Shown: positions 40,424 through 53,541 of the stretch, piece after piece
Numbering within the stretch: the first letter of the stretch is position 1
How the letters are laid out: each line of letters begins with the position of its first letter
Source: Geosiphon pyriformis uo1
Lineage: Eukaryota > Fungi > Glomeromycota
DNA length: 64,000 nt
NCBI GenBank assembly: GCA_016748015.1
Contig: JAAOMT010000607.1
Span: forward strand, 1 to 64,000
Reading direction: 5' to 3'
Notes under the pieces: model-generated
The model's input: the letters and a program-made list of their open reading frames with translations, nothing else
Databases searched by the model: none
What the model was told of the DNA's origin: nothing
Translations under genes and position numbers: made by a program

Positions 40424-41014
40424 CTAATTCATTCCACCTAAAAGTCGTCCTTTGGAAGCAATTTCACTCATCAAACCATTACCATTCCCTTTCAAACCAC
40501 TCAGTCTTCCTCTTCCTTTTACTGTTTTAACATCGCTAGTTTCCCATTCATCATTCAAACTATACTGAAAATTATCTTTGGTTTCATTTTCATTGTGAAT
40601 TTCTCCATTTGTTGTGCCTTTGCCTTTTTTAGCCTTTGCGAGGAAAGGTGGCGTTGAGGAAACATTTAGTGGCTTATCAATGTATACCTCGTTGGGTAGC
40701 CTTTCAAGTTTTGTACGTTTTATGATTTGAGGCTTGAACTCGCCTGGATCGAATGCTGCAGAAACAGGGAGTTCCTCAAGGGACCCAATAAATGGACCAG
40801 GAAGAAAGGGTAATTTGAAATCTGATGATGACGATGACGATGATGATGATGATGATGATGATGATGGTGAGTTTGGATTATTGTCACGTTCATAATGATT
40901 TTGGGATATTCTGATTGGAAACGTATATGTTTGACGGGGTTGACATATTGTTATGCAAAGGGATGCAAATGTCATTTTTAGAAGCCAATAATTGATACGC
41001 AATCGAATTAACAT
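40424..41014 (-). CDS. Hypothetical protein, up to 196 aa, with a poly-Ser tract
   Basis: Long ORF with higher GC than its flanks; the TCA/TCG repeat at about 40824-40866 stays in frame. The start may be the downstream ATG. Confidence 0.6.
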   Translation of the reverse strand: MLIRLRINYWLLKMTFASLCITICQPRQTYTFPIRISQNHYERDNNPNSPSSSSSSSSSSSSSSDFKLPFLPGPFIGSLEELPVSAAFDPGEFKPQIIKRTKLERLPNEVYIDKPLNVSSTPPFLAKAKKGKGTTNGEIHNENETKDNFQYSLNDEWETSDVKTVKGRGRLSGLKGNGNGLMSEIASKGRLLGGMN

Positions 41015-43988
41015 AGCTTCTAGTTTGAGATTTTTTTGAAAACATGTGTGAAGGGCAAAATATACATAATTTTCATATCCAAAACTTTGTAATTTCTAAT
41101 TCAACAAGTCGATATATTCCATTTATTATAATTTGTTACATTTGATTTTATGTGCAGTAAATCAATCGTTAAACATTTTTAATTGATGGCAAAAGCGAAA
41201 ATGCAATTTTTTTGTCTAAATTAACCTATTAAACATTTTTCTGATTTTATAAAAAAAAAATAGCTTAGGGATTTTTAAATTTCTACAAACCGAAATTTTT
41301 TATGCTACTTTGAGGCTTTTTCTCCTCCATTCTCAATTGGTTAAGAAATGTTTAACTTTTCAGTGTTCTGAAACACTTTTATTATCTCCCAACATTTTTT
41401 AAATATGATCTTCATCTTTTTTTCACAGTGCATTATCAAAATGAAAAATTAAATATTATCCTAAAAAGTGATCACTCTTTAAAAAATCTCAACTTTTATG
41501 AGAAATTCTGAAACCGATCGTGAAAGTAATTTTTTTTTAATCGGGGGGTTATCTAAATATCTTGTGGCCTTGAAATGATGTGTACAAAAATTATGTTCTA
41601 AATTCTTATTTATTTAAATTAGACACAGATTTCCAAATGTGGGATTACTTTTGTCTTGTCTTTTTGTAAAAATTCTGCATGCACCCTAAAATATTTTGTA
41701 TCATACTGTGATATTATTTTATCCATTTTCTGTTGCATGGTCTAAAATTGTGATTTAACTCTGTAAAAAAATTAATAGTCTTATATGAGTCAGGAAAAAT
41801 ATATATACATTTTGACAAGATTCAAAAAAGCTTTTCTGTTACTGCTCAAAAACAATAGTGAAATTTATTTATTTTTAAAAAAATTTAATGTTAAAAGTAG
41901 TAAATGTAGTTGTAACAATTTTTAAGATATTTATTTCCAAATATTTCAACTAAAAATTTTTATAGATTTTAACAAAAATTGAATGATTTTCGAATCTATA
42001 CAGCAGCTGAAAAAGAATGGATTTGTAAAACTATTTTTTCCGCAATCTTGGCGTGGGAAGCGGAATAAATTGAACTCATTAAAGAAAAGATGAAAAAAAA
42101 ATTATTTTACTCGATGAGATTGATTTTGAGGTTGCTTACTCACTTATTGTATTACATTCTAGTGCATTTTCTTTTCTCACTTTTGTACCATTCGAACATA
42201 CATGATATTTATTTTTTCTTTTTACTCCAGGTTTCACTAAGGATCAAATGTGAATAAGAAGCAAAAGGTTTTAGAAAGTTTCACGAGATGGGTATTTTAT
42301 GAATCGTTTTTAACTAAATATTCTAATTTTTTTTAAAGAAAATAAAATTCAAAGAATTTTGATGTCTAGTATAATTTTTATTTTACCTTTTGATTAAAAT
42401 TTGATAATCTTAATTATCATTAAAACAAATTTATAAATATTTCATTTTAAAAAAAAAAAAATTTCTTTGTCAAAAATCGGATATTTTTTTCTTTATTAAA
42501 AAGCCTATAGATTTTATTGAAATTAATTCTATCTATAATCTATATTCGGCTTAGAATTGATGAAATATATCTTGATCAATAAATTTTTATTATTAGAGTT
42601 AGACCTACTCCAAGGTTGGAAGATAGTAACCTGAAAATGCATGACCAAAAAAGGAGACTCTACCAGAACCAAAGCCTGCTTTTTTGTCTGAAATTTTTCT
42701 CAAATCAAACTGATACCAACTAAATTAATGTTAACTCTTATTTTTTGAATATAGATTATTTTTTAACCTTCATTCTTTTTCTCTTTTCAGAAATAAAATG
42801 CTTACACAGAACAATGAAAGGTTGCACCAATTATATAATTTTTTCAAAGCCATGGGGTACAATAAACGATAAATGAGAAAAAAAGTTAAAACTTCAACTA
42901 ATAACTTTAACAATGATGAAATAGCATGGACACATTTAATAAAAATTTTTTGTAACGTTTTTTTAGGCTTATTATTTCTCTTATCTTTCCTAATTTTTCT
43001 CTTGCTCTCTCTTAACTCTATATATTATTTGTAAATCTTTCTCTATTTCTCTGCTTAAAACTAAAAGGAGTCTTTTGCATGCAAGAACAAAGACGCTGGG
43101 GCATGCATGCATGCATAGTGAGAGAAAATTGAGCGCAAATTCTTAAACTATGTTTTAGGGATAACATGGCGTACTGTTAATAATGATTTTTTCGATATGC
43201 TAATTAAATCAACCTATGTTTTCAATTTTAAGCATCTCAACGAGAATTATGGTGGTATCATGATAATAGCTCCTTTATCTTGTGTTTAGGATTAGTGTTA
43301 CCCTGTCATCCACCATACTAAGGCAAACTATATCTCTCTTTACATGCAAAATATTAAAATTTGGGTAGGGGTAGTGGTCTTCAATTAACAGTTATTAGCA
43401 CAGAATCGGGCCACCGTTCCCAAATTTGTCCATTCTTGATGAGGATTAAAAAAACTGATTTTTTTTGACCGAGGAAATAAAAATCAAAATTATATAATAA
43501 TAAACGGTTTGTATAATTATGTCAGCAGGAGTAAATATACTCTAATCTTTATTTTGATATTTATCTGTTAAATTAATTACTATTATTGTTTGTTTACAAA
43601 GTCTTTTAAAAATTCTCACCACGAACTTTGTTTACTAATTGTGAAACAAAAAATTTCTCATGAGAAATTGAACCAGTGACAATAAAATTCGGAGATTGAT
43701 TTAAAAAAAATTTGTTTATTGTTTAAATAACAGACAAGATTCTTAAAATCATGCCATTACGAAAAATTTGTAAATTCTATTTATAAAAATCTTAAATAAA
43801 CAGATAAATATAAATACACACATGTACATGTATTTAGTTAGATACATACTGTACATAAATAGATAGAGTAAAAAATTACAAATAAAATTCGTTAAAAAAA
43901 AAAAAACTAATGCAATCACAAAATGATACATGTAGTGGGCTTCATGATCTAAATTCCTTTTACCATATAAGGTTCTTGTGATTCAATC

Positions 43989-44025
<37 letters not shown>

Positions 44026-44057
44026 CATAATAATAATAGTAATAATAATGATAATCA
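43989..44057. repeat. Imperfect (AAT)n microsatellite
   Basis: Read directly. Confidence 0.85.
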
Positions 44058-45019
44058 TTAATATTATTTAATATTATTAATATTTAAATCAATAATAAAG
44101 CAAATCATTCGAAATTAATAATACATATGCTTAGAGTTTTATTTTATTGTTTCCCGAACGGACAAGTCAAAATATCCCCACCCGATAAAAGCAAAACCCA
44201 TTCAATAATGATGACGGTAAACAGGAATGACGGTAAAACCGAAATATTTTCGGTTTAAAATTTAAAATTTTTTATCCCAAAGAGTCAAAAACCATGAACC
44301 AATCAAATATCGTCATTTCGTATAGAAGCTCATCACAGAAATGAACAAACCTATACCATCTGGTTTTACTTAAATTTCCTATTCATAGCTATAACCCATA
44401 TTTAGTATTCATTATTTTTGATAAATTCAATCCACTTTTCTTTTTTTCTTTTTTTTTTTAAGAAAAAATCAGACTCTTGTCCTTTCATTTTTGTTTAGAC
44501 ACTTTTAATCACCAAAGATTACCTTAATACGTACAATAAACATTACCTTTCCCGAAATAAGGTAGTCGCACTTGATTAACCTTAACCCTTTTGAAGTATT
44601 TTAATTTTTTTCGAAAAAACAATTAGGTTTCTTAGCTCCTTTGTGTTTTCTTTTTCTAGTTTAAAACTTTTTATTTTAATTTGGAAAATCAAAATCTATC
44701 ACGAATATATACTAGAACAATTACATCAATTCATTGGTTTCAATATAAATAGTCTTAGTGGGTAATTTTTGAAAGAAACAGTAATAACCTTTCCTCGCTG
44801 TAAAAAACTTTAAATTTCAAATTTAAAGAATTAATCAATTAATTTCATTCTTGCTTTAAAATACATGATATATTCGGTTTCCTGTTGGTCAAAATTTAAA
44901 TTCAATTAATCTATCACCGCTTGTTTCTACATTCAATTAAATAAAATATTTTCTCTACATTATCCCCAAACATCTATTTAAACCCCCTCTCCCCATCATT
45001 CAATTTCATTTCAAAATCC

Positions 45020-46804
45020 ATGGCCGAGGTGTCAATAACAGTTATCTTATCATTTCTTTTGACCGCTTTCACTTATATATCGTTCGCCTATATCTTTGTT
45101 CACTTTCTACTTCTAAACGACGATAAAAAAAAATCTAATCGTCATAATCAAGGAAAACATCGCAAACAATCATCATTCTCAACAATGAAAGCTTCAATTG
45201 TTAAACAATCGACTAGAACCAACACAACTACCACCACAACAATGAAGAAACCAATCACAAATGTAAATACAAGCCCTTTAACCCTATCGTTTGTCCTACC
45301 CAAAGGTATAAAGCCTTTACCTGGGCCAACTTCATTACCAGTCATTGGTAATCTCCATCAGCTATCTGATCCTTTGCACATGACCTTGAATGATTGGGCT
45401 CAAATTTATGGTCCTATATTTCAAATTCGTATGGGATCAAAAGTTTGGGTCATCTTAAATGATCATCAAATTGCCAATAAACTTTTCCTCGAGAAAAGTG
45501 ATATTTATCAACCATCATCTTCAAATTTATTAATCTCATCCACCCCTTTATCTCTGACCGCAAGGTCGCTTGCTCAACAAGCTTTATCACAAAAAACGGT
45601 CGAAACAAATTATACTCCTATTGTCCATAAACAAACTAAATCCTTAATGAGACATTTCTATAAATACTCGAACCAAACCATTGACCCTAGCGAAGCACTT
45701 GGAGAATTTGTCTCGAAAACCTTTTCCACTTTAACCTTTGGAAGTGTGGCAGAAAAATTTTCTGATGATTTTAGTCAAGTATTAGAATTAACCAAATCTT
45801 TAGAATCAAAAAATGCTCGATTAGAAGCTTTACCATTTCTTCGTTCTTTCACCTCATCACCGAAACTTGAATCAGAAGCTCGTGAAAGTGTACTAAAGTT
45901 TCAAGAAGTTTCCATGAATTTGGCAGCCACGTTGAAAAATCGTAACGCTAAAAAAAGCCCTGCCATTGATAAATCTTTCGTTTCACAAATTTTACGATCT
46001 ATGAAATCGAAAAATTCAATCGATGACCATGAATTAATGAATTTGAATACAAACTTTTTGTTCAATGGTACCGATTATACGATCAAAGAAATTAAATGGG
46101 TCTTCCTGCTGTTGTCATATGCACCACAAGTTCAAAAACGAATTCAGCAAGAATTACTCAAAGTAGTTGGAAAAGGAAAATTACCTGAGGCTAACGATTA
46201 TGCTAATCTGCCTTATTTGCGAGCCACCATAAAGGAAATCATGCGTTTCAGGTAAAAATCGTAATGATTTTTCCTGTTTTATTTTAAATAGTTTTGAAAT
46301 TCATTTTTTTGAAATCTCACTTTTTGAATTTTTTTTTTTTATAGACCCGTTGGTTTCTTCTCAAAAACATACACAGCAACAAAAGATGACATCTACGGAA
46401 ATTTACACATCCCACTCAACTCAACTGTAATCTTAAACACAAACTTTCTTCACTTTAGTCCGTCAGTTTTCGAACGTCCAAAACGATTTTCACCTGAAAG
46501 ATTCTTGGACTCTAATGGAAACTTAAAAGAAATCGATTCAACTCTGGACACTTGGTTGTTCGGTAAAGGACCAAACGAAAATTTGACTCAACACCTAACC
46601 GAAATCCTTTTATCATGTGTTACCACCTTCACCTTATCACTATTCAACATACAAGCTGAGATTGATCAGAAAACTGGGGAAGAGGTTGATATTAATTTGG
46701 AAGGCATTTCACGTGGTTTGGAATTGGATGCACCAGAATTCAAGATTATATTGGAACCGCGGGAAGATGTGCTTGATACTGTGGCCATTATTGGACGATA
46801 TTAA
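45020..46804 (+). CDS. Cytochrome P450-fold protein lacking the heme-ligating cysteine; about 563 aa, exons 45020-46251 and 46345-46804
   Basis: N-terminal TM anchor, LPGPTSLPVIGNLHQL, YGPIF, PQVQKRIQQEL, LPYLRATIKEIMRF (ExxR) and FSPERFL. The heme loop reads FGKGPNENLTQ rather than FGxGxRxCxG. Confidence 0.85.
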
Positions 46805-47589
46805 CAACTGGTTTTTAGTAGTAGGAAATTAGGTTTAGGGTATTAAATTTGGGAAAACAATTTGTAGATCTTTATGTAGCTAGCAGGACTTTTTCAATCT
46901 TCGGATAATAGCCAATTAAATATAATTAGCAAAATTAAAAATGGGTTTATTGGTTCTTTTTTACACATGTATTGGAAGTTTTAAATTGAAGAGAAAATCG
47001 AATAATTCTGTTAGGAATGTTTTTGTTACCTGATATGGCTAGTTTTTTCTAAAATGAATTATTCTATTTAGAAAAGTTTCAAACAACAAATCATTTCATG
47101 AATTAAATTAGATTTACAAAAGGTGAATAAATATATAAAACATTTCACTCGTGACGAAGATATTTTGTACCATTCAGAAATATACACTTAATGATTAAAT
47201 ATTTTACAAGGGATCTAAGATTAAATGTAAAATGCCTCCTAAATTATTAAAGTAATAATTAAGAAACGTTGAGAAAATGGTTGAGAATAATTTAAATTAT
47301 CATTTATGATGCAAACTTTAGAATCAAAATTCAAATAACAATTTCGATATTAGTCAAAGAACCAGGTATGAATTTTAACATGTTCAAAAATTTTGGACTT
47401 ACGCTTCTGGCGGAATGTAATGGACAATTTTTAAAACACAAACTCGGGAGATCCTTTATTGAAGATGTATATAAAAATTAGTATGTAGTGTGAACTCCTT
47501 CTGCCTTTATATATAAGCTTGAATACTGGTAGACATGCTACGAATATTTGCTTATTCTTTTTTACTAGTCTAAAAAAAACCTTATGAGA

Positions 47590-47700
47590 CACTGTTTTTT
47601 TTTTTGCAGCCATTCCTTTTACCTTTTTCTCTATATTATGGGCAAATATTCTCAATGGGGTTGAGGTCAGAACACGACATGGAAGTCTTGCTTGGAGGTA
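47590..47700 (-). mobile_element. Short Tc1 transposase fragment
   Basis: Minus strand encodes SCSDLNPIENI followed, after a frameshift, by IEKKVK. Confidence 0.5.
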
Positions 47701-50108
47701 ATCGCACAAATTATTGGAGATGAGGGACATTATTGAGCGGAATGACAATTTAGCCAAGCCTTGAATCCTTGTCCCGGACAGTTTATTTGCCGACTTTGAA
47801 CTCTGGATGTATTTCTTTGAACGCTTTGATTTCTGCTCCAATAACAAATAATTTATATGCATGATTTGCCCATCCGGCGACAAGTAAGCTTGTGACTGTT
47901 TTTATGAAGTAATACAATGTAACGTTCACGGGAGCAAGGGAAACGCCAGTTAGTTTAGCCATTTCGAATGCATTGCTGTAACCAATTGGGTCAAGCCTAC
48001 TCAACGAGTTTATGGTTCGAATTTATGACGTTAGGGTGCATTAGGTAGGTGAAAAAAGATAAAATGAATTGCGCAGGAAAAAAATGAAAGTTTTGTGATA
48101 TCAGGAGTAAAAAAAACATCATTTACACGTTGGCATTTTCTGAAAAGAGGTTCATAACGCGACAATTTTTTTTAATGGTGTTACCACATACTTTAATTAG
48201 ATTTATAACAAGAAATTAAAATTTTAATAAATGGAAACTAATTCTTGTAAACGTGTAATATTATTATATTGATAATTTCAAAAATAAGATAATATATCAA
48301 AGTTATAGTATATTCAAAGAATGGCCAACACATATTTTAAAGTGTCATGGTTTTAATTACGCCTAAATATTATGATTTTACCATATTAAAAATGGTTCGA
48401 AAAAACGATTTTAACTTTCAGTTATGGAATGATTACGCATCAAAATTTTATATCTTTTAAACATGCCACTAAATCTAAACTCTTATATAGCATATGTCAA
48501 TTTTTATTTGAAATAATTGAAAAAAGGTTAAATTTTATATTTTTAGAAATGGTGCTTATACTCAAGAGGGCAAGGAACTTGAAAAAATTGAAATTATTCC
48601 TTTTGAAGAAAATATTTAATATGTTCAGAATCCGTTACTTTATATGAAGATTCAAATCTAAATACTTTATAGCGATTTTTTTTATAAAGAAAAATCAAAA
48701 ATTGTATACAACTATTTCTTGTCTAATATTTCTTGAAAAATGGGTTTAGGCTAATGGGAAGTTTCGTCAAAATTGTTATGGGATTTTGAGCAATAATAGT
48801 TATGCAACAGGATTAAGCATTTTGCAAAAATCTTAGTCCCTTACTTACCCTGCTCTTAATACTTCTCACGACTTGAAAATATTTCAGAAATTGTCATCAA
48901 ATTTTATATTCTTCTTTGAATAAAAGTAGACGCGTTTTTTGCATATTCTTATTCCAAAGCGATTCGTTATTTATCTTTCGATTTAAAATTTTTTTTTACT
49001 TGAATTTTCTTTTGGTTTTGTAAAGCGATTTGTCTGATTTTTTAATTTGGGAAATTTTCAGGACACATTTCGACAAAACTTATAATTTTAAACTTCGGAT
49101 TCCATATATGTCCTTTTTTTTCTTCTTTTTTGGAATGGATATGTTATAAATTTTTCACATTAATTGATACTTTTCTCACCATATCATCCCAAAATTTTCT
49201 TTTCTTGATAAGGCCAATTAAATTTATCTGTAAATGACTATTATCATTAAAAAGAAGTGGATTGCAAAAACAAAATAATAGTACATGTATAAATTTTTTA
49301 GCGATGATGAGCAGAATGCTAATATATCAAGGTTATCCAATGTATTATTTTGGCCTTTGGTTTTCTGCTACCTCTAGCTCAAATAAATTTTTTTTTCAGA
49401 AGGGTAAAACTCTTGAAATAATGCTCACAAATAAATCAAGACAAGATTTTGAACAAAGGTGTGTCTGTCAAAAGAGCGTTTTGGGTACTTTGAATCAGCT
49501 TGTCTTTTGAAAATGTTTTATGATACTGTATGACCAATCTTTTATCATTTAATTTTAATTTGATTGTGCTTTATTTTTTTTGGGGTGATATAAATTTCAT
49601 TTTTCTACTATTTACTTTATCTTGTAGAAATTTCCTTAATGTGATATATTAGAAATTCTGGCTTAGCTTTGATCTTAATAGCCAATATTTTCGTGACATT
49701 TTAAATGTATATAAATTATTTTTTATATTTCATGATTCAAAACTGGTTCCAAGCTCTATAGTGTAAAAATTATCTTCAGAAGATTTCAAAGCATTAATAT
49801 TTTTATTCCAGAGTGCTTAAAAGTTATCCATCCATCTGGCAAGATTTGTAAATTATAAACCTCGAATGGTATTAAACAATTAGGTATGTGTTGGATAAAA
49901 TAAAATGACAAATTATTTCCGTTAAATTTATTAGCAAAAAAAAAAAACTAAATACATTGGAATATTTTCTATAGGCAGAGCATTCATTCGAATCATAGTT
50001 CTAATTCCATCGATATCTACCAGGTGCCACCAAAATGAGTTCGATTCATACTCATATCGCGTGACGATTCCAAGCTTCCGTCCAACCATGTTCTATATTC
50101 GGATCAAT

Positions 50109-51181
50109 TTAAATCCGCATAAGTGACAATAAAATCGACATTTGAAACTTTAAAGCTAAAAATTCGAATCTATATTTATATTCATAGCTTCCCCAACGAT
50201 GCGGCTTAGTGAGCCGTTGATACTTGTACGTTACCTCACCACTTTGATCATTAAACGGTTTCACTATGATTTCTGGTATAGCTGGGGTCAAACGGGAAGG
50301 TTCAGATGGATCAAACTGCGGTTCTATCAAAGATGGGTGCGATGTTGACAATTCCCCAAGAAGCATAAGTGGTGATAGTTCTAGTTGAGGTTTTTTAGAA
50401 ATGCTTGTTTCTGGGGCTAAGAAGTTCAGTGGAAATAGCATTAATGGAACGTGTCTTGTTTCGGATACGTTCCCAGCGTTTTCTATAGGTGGGATTACGA
50501 AGCAAAGTACTAGATCACAATCTTCAACATAGTTGGTTTCAAAAATACATGGACCTTTTAGAGGTGTGTATGTGAAAAATTGATTATCTGGATATCCAAG
50601 TTTGGTGATGGTTGCTGGGTTAGAAGAGGGAGAAATTGTTTCGGAAGTCGAAGCATTGTTGTTTGAAGTTTGAAATGGCTCAAGGTGAAATTGAAAAATT
50701 TCTGTAGATTGCGGTTTACACTGCTAAAAAGAAACAGAAACATACGAAAATATCAATTTCAAGACCAATTATAAACTGTTCAAAAACACATTTCGTCCAG
50801 CTAAATATGGTAATTTACCTCAACATCAAGATACCAAAACAAATATTTTGAGAGCGAATCGGTCATAACGATAACGATTAAATCTCTCCATTGTCTACAA
50901 GTTCGTTGAAGACGCCACAAATCTTTAACACTACCGTTTGGGTAAATCGAAAAAATTTTCGATCAGTGAGTGTGGTTGTACGAATGTGGCGATAACCAGG
51001 GGTCGATCCGAGAAAATCACGATTTATGAACAACTTTTTTTATTTGACCGGCTCGATTTTAATCATCAACGTTAAAAACGGACATAGAATAACGCAAAAA
51101 TGATTACCTATTTTGTCGAAGAAAGATGGAGAATATTTCCATCCAGAGCTCATTTGGCAAAGCAATGTTTAAAGATGACAT
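50109..51181 (-). CDS. F-box protein, about 266 aa, exons 51181-51108, 50930-50819, 50723-50109
   Basis: MSSLNIALPNELWMEIFSIFL spliced to VKDLWRLQRTCRQWRDLI matches the F-box consensus; exon 3 runs in frame into ORF 50109-50441. Confidence 0.8.
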
Positions 51182-51823
51182 TGTAAATGGGTAAAGTGAT
51201 GTTTTGATGAAAAAGTGGGAAAAGATGGGTACAACAATTGATTGGTGCTTTTATTTATACTACTGGTTAGCGTCAGCATGATTTGTACCAAAGCTCTCAG
51301 CCGGATCATGTGCAACCCATTTATTTTGAAATCAACCAATAAACAAACTGATTGATGCCTTCAAAGCTTTTGTACTAACCAGTTACGCCACATTAACAGT
51401 GTTGTCTAGGCTTATTGATGAGAATATGTGATTTGTCTTTTATGCCGATTAGGAACCTTCAAACTCGCTAGAATTCTAAACCAGTTAGAAACTGTATTAA
51501 TCATGGATTCTCTGGATTGATTTACTCATCCAAAATATACGTTGAGTTTCTAAAGTTTCAATCCATACTTCTGGCTTCAGTTTCCATCAAAAAGCTTTTA
51601 AAGAGCTGTTTTGAAAAATTCTAAATCGTATCCAATATTCAATTCATTGGCATATGATTTAATATGAACCTTAATTTCAATAATATGAAATTTTTGTAAT
51701 GCTTTAAAAGGTTTAAAGATTCCATCTGTTTGAAACATGTTTTTGGTTGGAAAATGCTATGGTTGTTATTAAAATTGAGCCTCAAAGGTGAAGTTGATTT
51801 AATATAGTAAACTACCAAACATC

Positions 51824-53065
51824 CGGATGGATTGTAATATATACATAATAGATAATGCTAAACATTGCCCGGAGAAAAATACCCGTGAACGCCATTTTCA
51901 TCACTATCTATTACAGTCTAACAATTTCGGCATTTATATATCTCAGATTCTCCGGTGTTTTAGGTGTTTCCGCACCAACTGCAATCTTGGGCATATAAGC
52001 TTCATTTTGGATAATAACATAAACCCCTAATTCCTCTGCTTTGGCTATTAAACATTTCTCAAAATCAAGAATGTGCCCAGCCAAGCATCTTTTTAAATGT
52101 TTTTTTTTGTAATTTTTCATGTTTTTCGGTTCTTCATATTTGATATCTCAAGAGGAGTAATAATAATGACATCAAATTCATGAGTCCAAAAAGCAATAAT
52201 TTTTTTGTGAATTTCATTTTAGAAGTGTTTAATTTTTTGTTGAATGCATGTTATTGCTTTATCAAGCCCTTTAGCCTACTTCTTTTTGCATTTAAAAGTT
52301 GATGTATCAACTTCTTTTTTTGTGATATTAAATTGTTCATATAGATGCAAATATGAGCAATATTTTCAATATTTTATTGACTAATTTTATCTATTCCTTT
52401 AGTAGGAGAATATCATGTAATGGGTGTACAAATGCCAAGTAATAAAACTGCATAAATAAAGCTATTTGCTTGGGTTTTGCAGACTTGTTTTTGTATCTCA
52501 TAAAAATCAGGCAAACTTCTATTTATTAGTTTTTTGAAACTAGATAAGTTTGCTATCAGATATTATTTTGTATATAAAGGACCACTTGCACTTTGTTTCA
52601 AAATGGAAAGAACATAATGAACATTCATTATTATTTAAACTGGAAATAGGCTTGTATTGATAAAGTATAAAGATAATGTATTAGTACATTTTTTATAATT
52701 GTGTACTATATTGAATAACTTCATTTCATGCGGCCAATCTTTGATTAATTCTTCATTTGTAATATTGAGATAAATAATTTCATAAAAGCATGTCCAACCA
52801 AACAACAGCTTTACAAGACATTTGTTCACTCCAAATAGCTGAATTATCATAGAAAAGAAGTTGTTTTTTTCTAAAAGTTATAAGCTTTAACCAACTTCTT
52901 TCAATAATACCATTTTGATTTCTTCTAATCTAATCTATTCCACTACTGTATTAAAAACAAATCTGACCAATCTTATCCATTGCTTTAAGAGTTGTTTTTG
53001 ATAATGGTTTGGATGTATCTTAATTATTAATGTTCATTGAGAATTTTTTCTGTTTTTTGGCACTT
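51824..53065 (-). mobile_element. Fanzor2 / IS607-type TnpB relic, copy 1 (near full length, pseudogenised)
   Basis: Ordered motifs: IKIHPNHYQKQLLKQW..VRFVFN (OrfB HTH), degenerate RuvC-I (GICTPIT*YSPTKG; cf. DPGVRTFxTWYS), HKKIIAFWTHEFDVII, LIAKAEELGVYVIIQNEAY (RuvC-II), CSWCG...YKCRNC zinc finger, and D.DENG...FLRA (RuvC-III). Confidence 0.85.
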
Positions 53066-53541
53066 ATTAAATAAGTTTCATTGCTAAGTATTTTTTGCTT
53101 CGAAATACTTATACTTATTCACTGAAACTTAAGCTGGTAAAATTGTAACCGACGAAGAATGTGTAATGCTTCAATAATATTTATCATGCTTCGAGATATT
53201 TATTTGTCTCGTTAGGTAAAAATAAAAAGTGATCAATGAAAGTAAATCTGATACCTGAAAGTTTTTTCATATTTTAAGCATTGGTTTTTTATATGCTTAA
53301 GGTATACTAAATTCCCAAATGTTATTCTGTGCTTATCTTGATTCTCTTTTTGTTTGTCAGAACAAATAACAATCGACGATTCCAAAGATTACATGTATAT
53401 TCGTTTGGGAAATTTACCATTTGACGAAAATATTTGCTTTTTGATTAATAAACCTAAAACCATATAGGGGAATAGATCATCGAAGCCAGGATACAGTGAT
53501 AAGTTCAATATCTAAGAAGTAATTTTTATTCATGTTTGAAA

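Noticed and set aside
47431-48004. 150-aa and 73-aa ORFs as a gene
   Set aside because: Non-ATG starts, overlap with a Tc1 fragment, and no consistent splice model; origin of 47700-48000 unresolved.
51400-51820. Possible Gypsy integrase/chromodomain remnant beside Fanzor copy 1
   Set aside because: Only a weak resemblance (KPFK); too degraded to support.
51827-52030. Similar MDCNI.IIDNAKHC ORFs here and at 57437-57622 as a small gene family
   Set aside because: They are the antisense of the conserved Fanzor 3' end.
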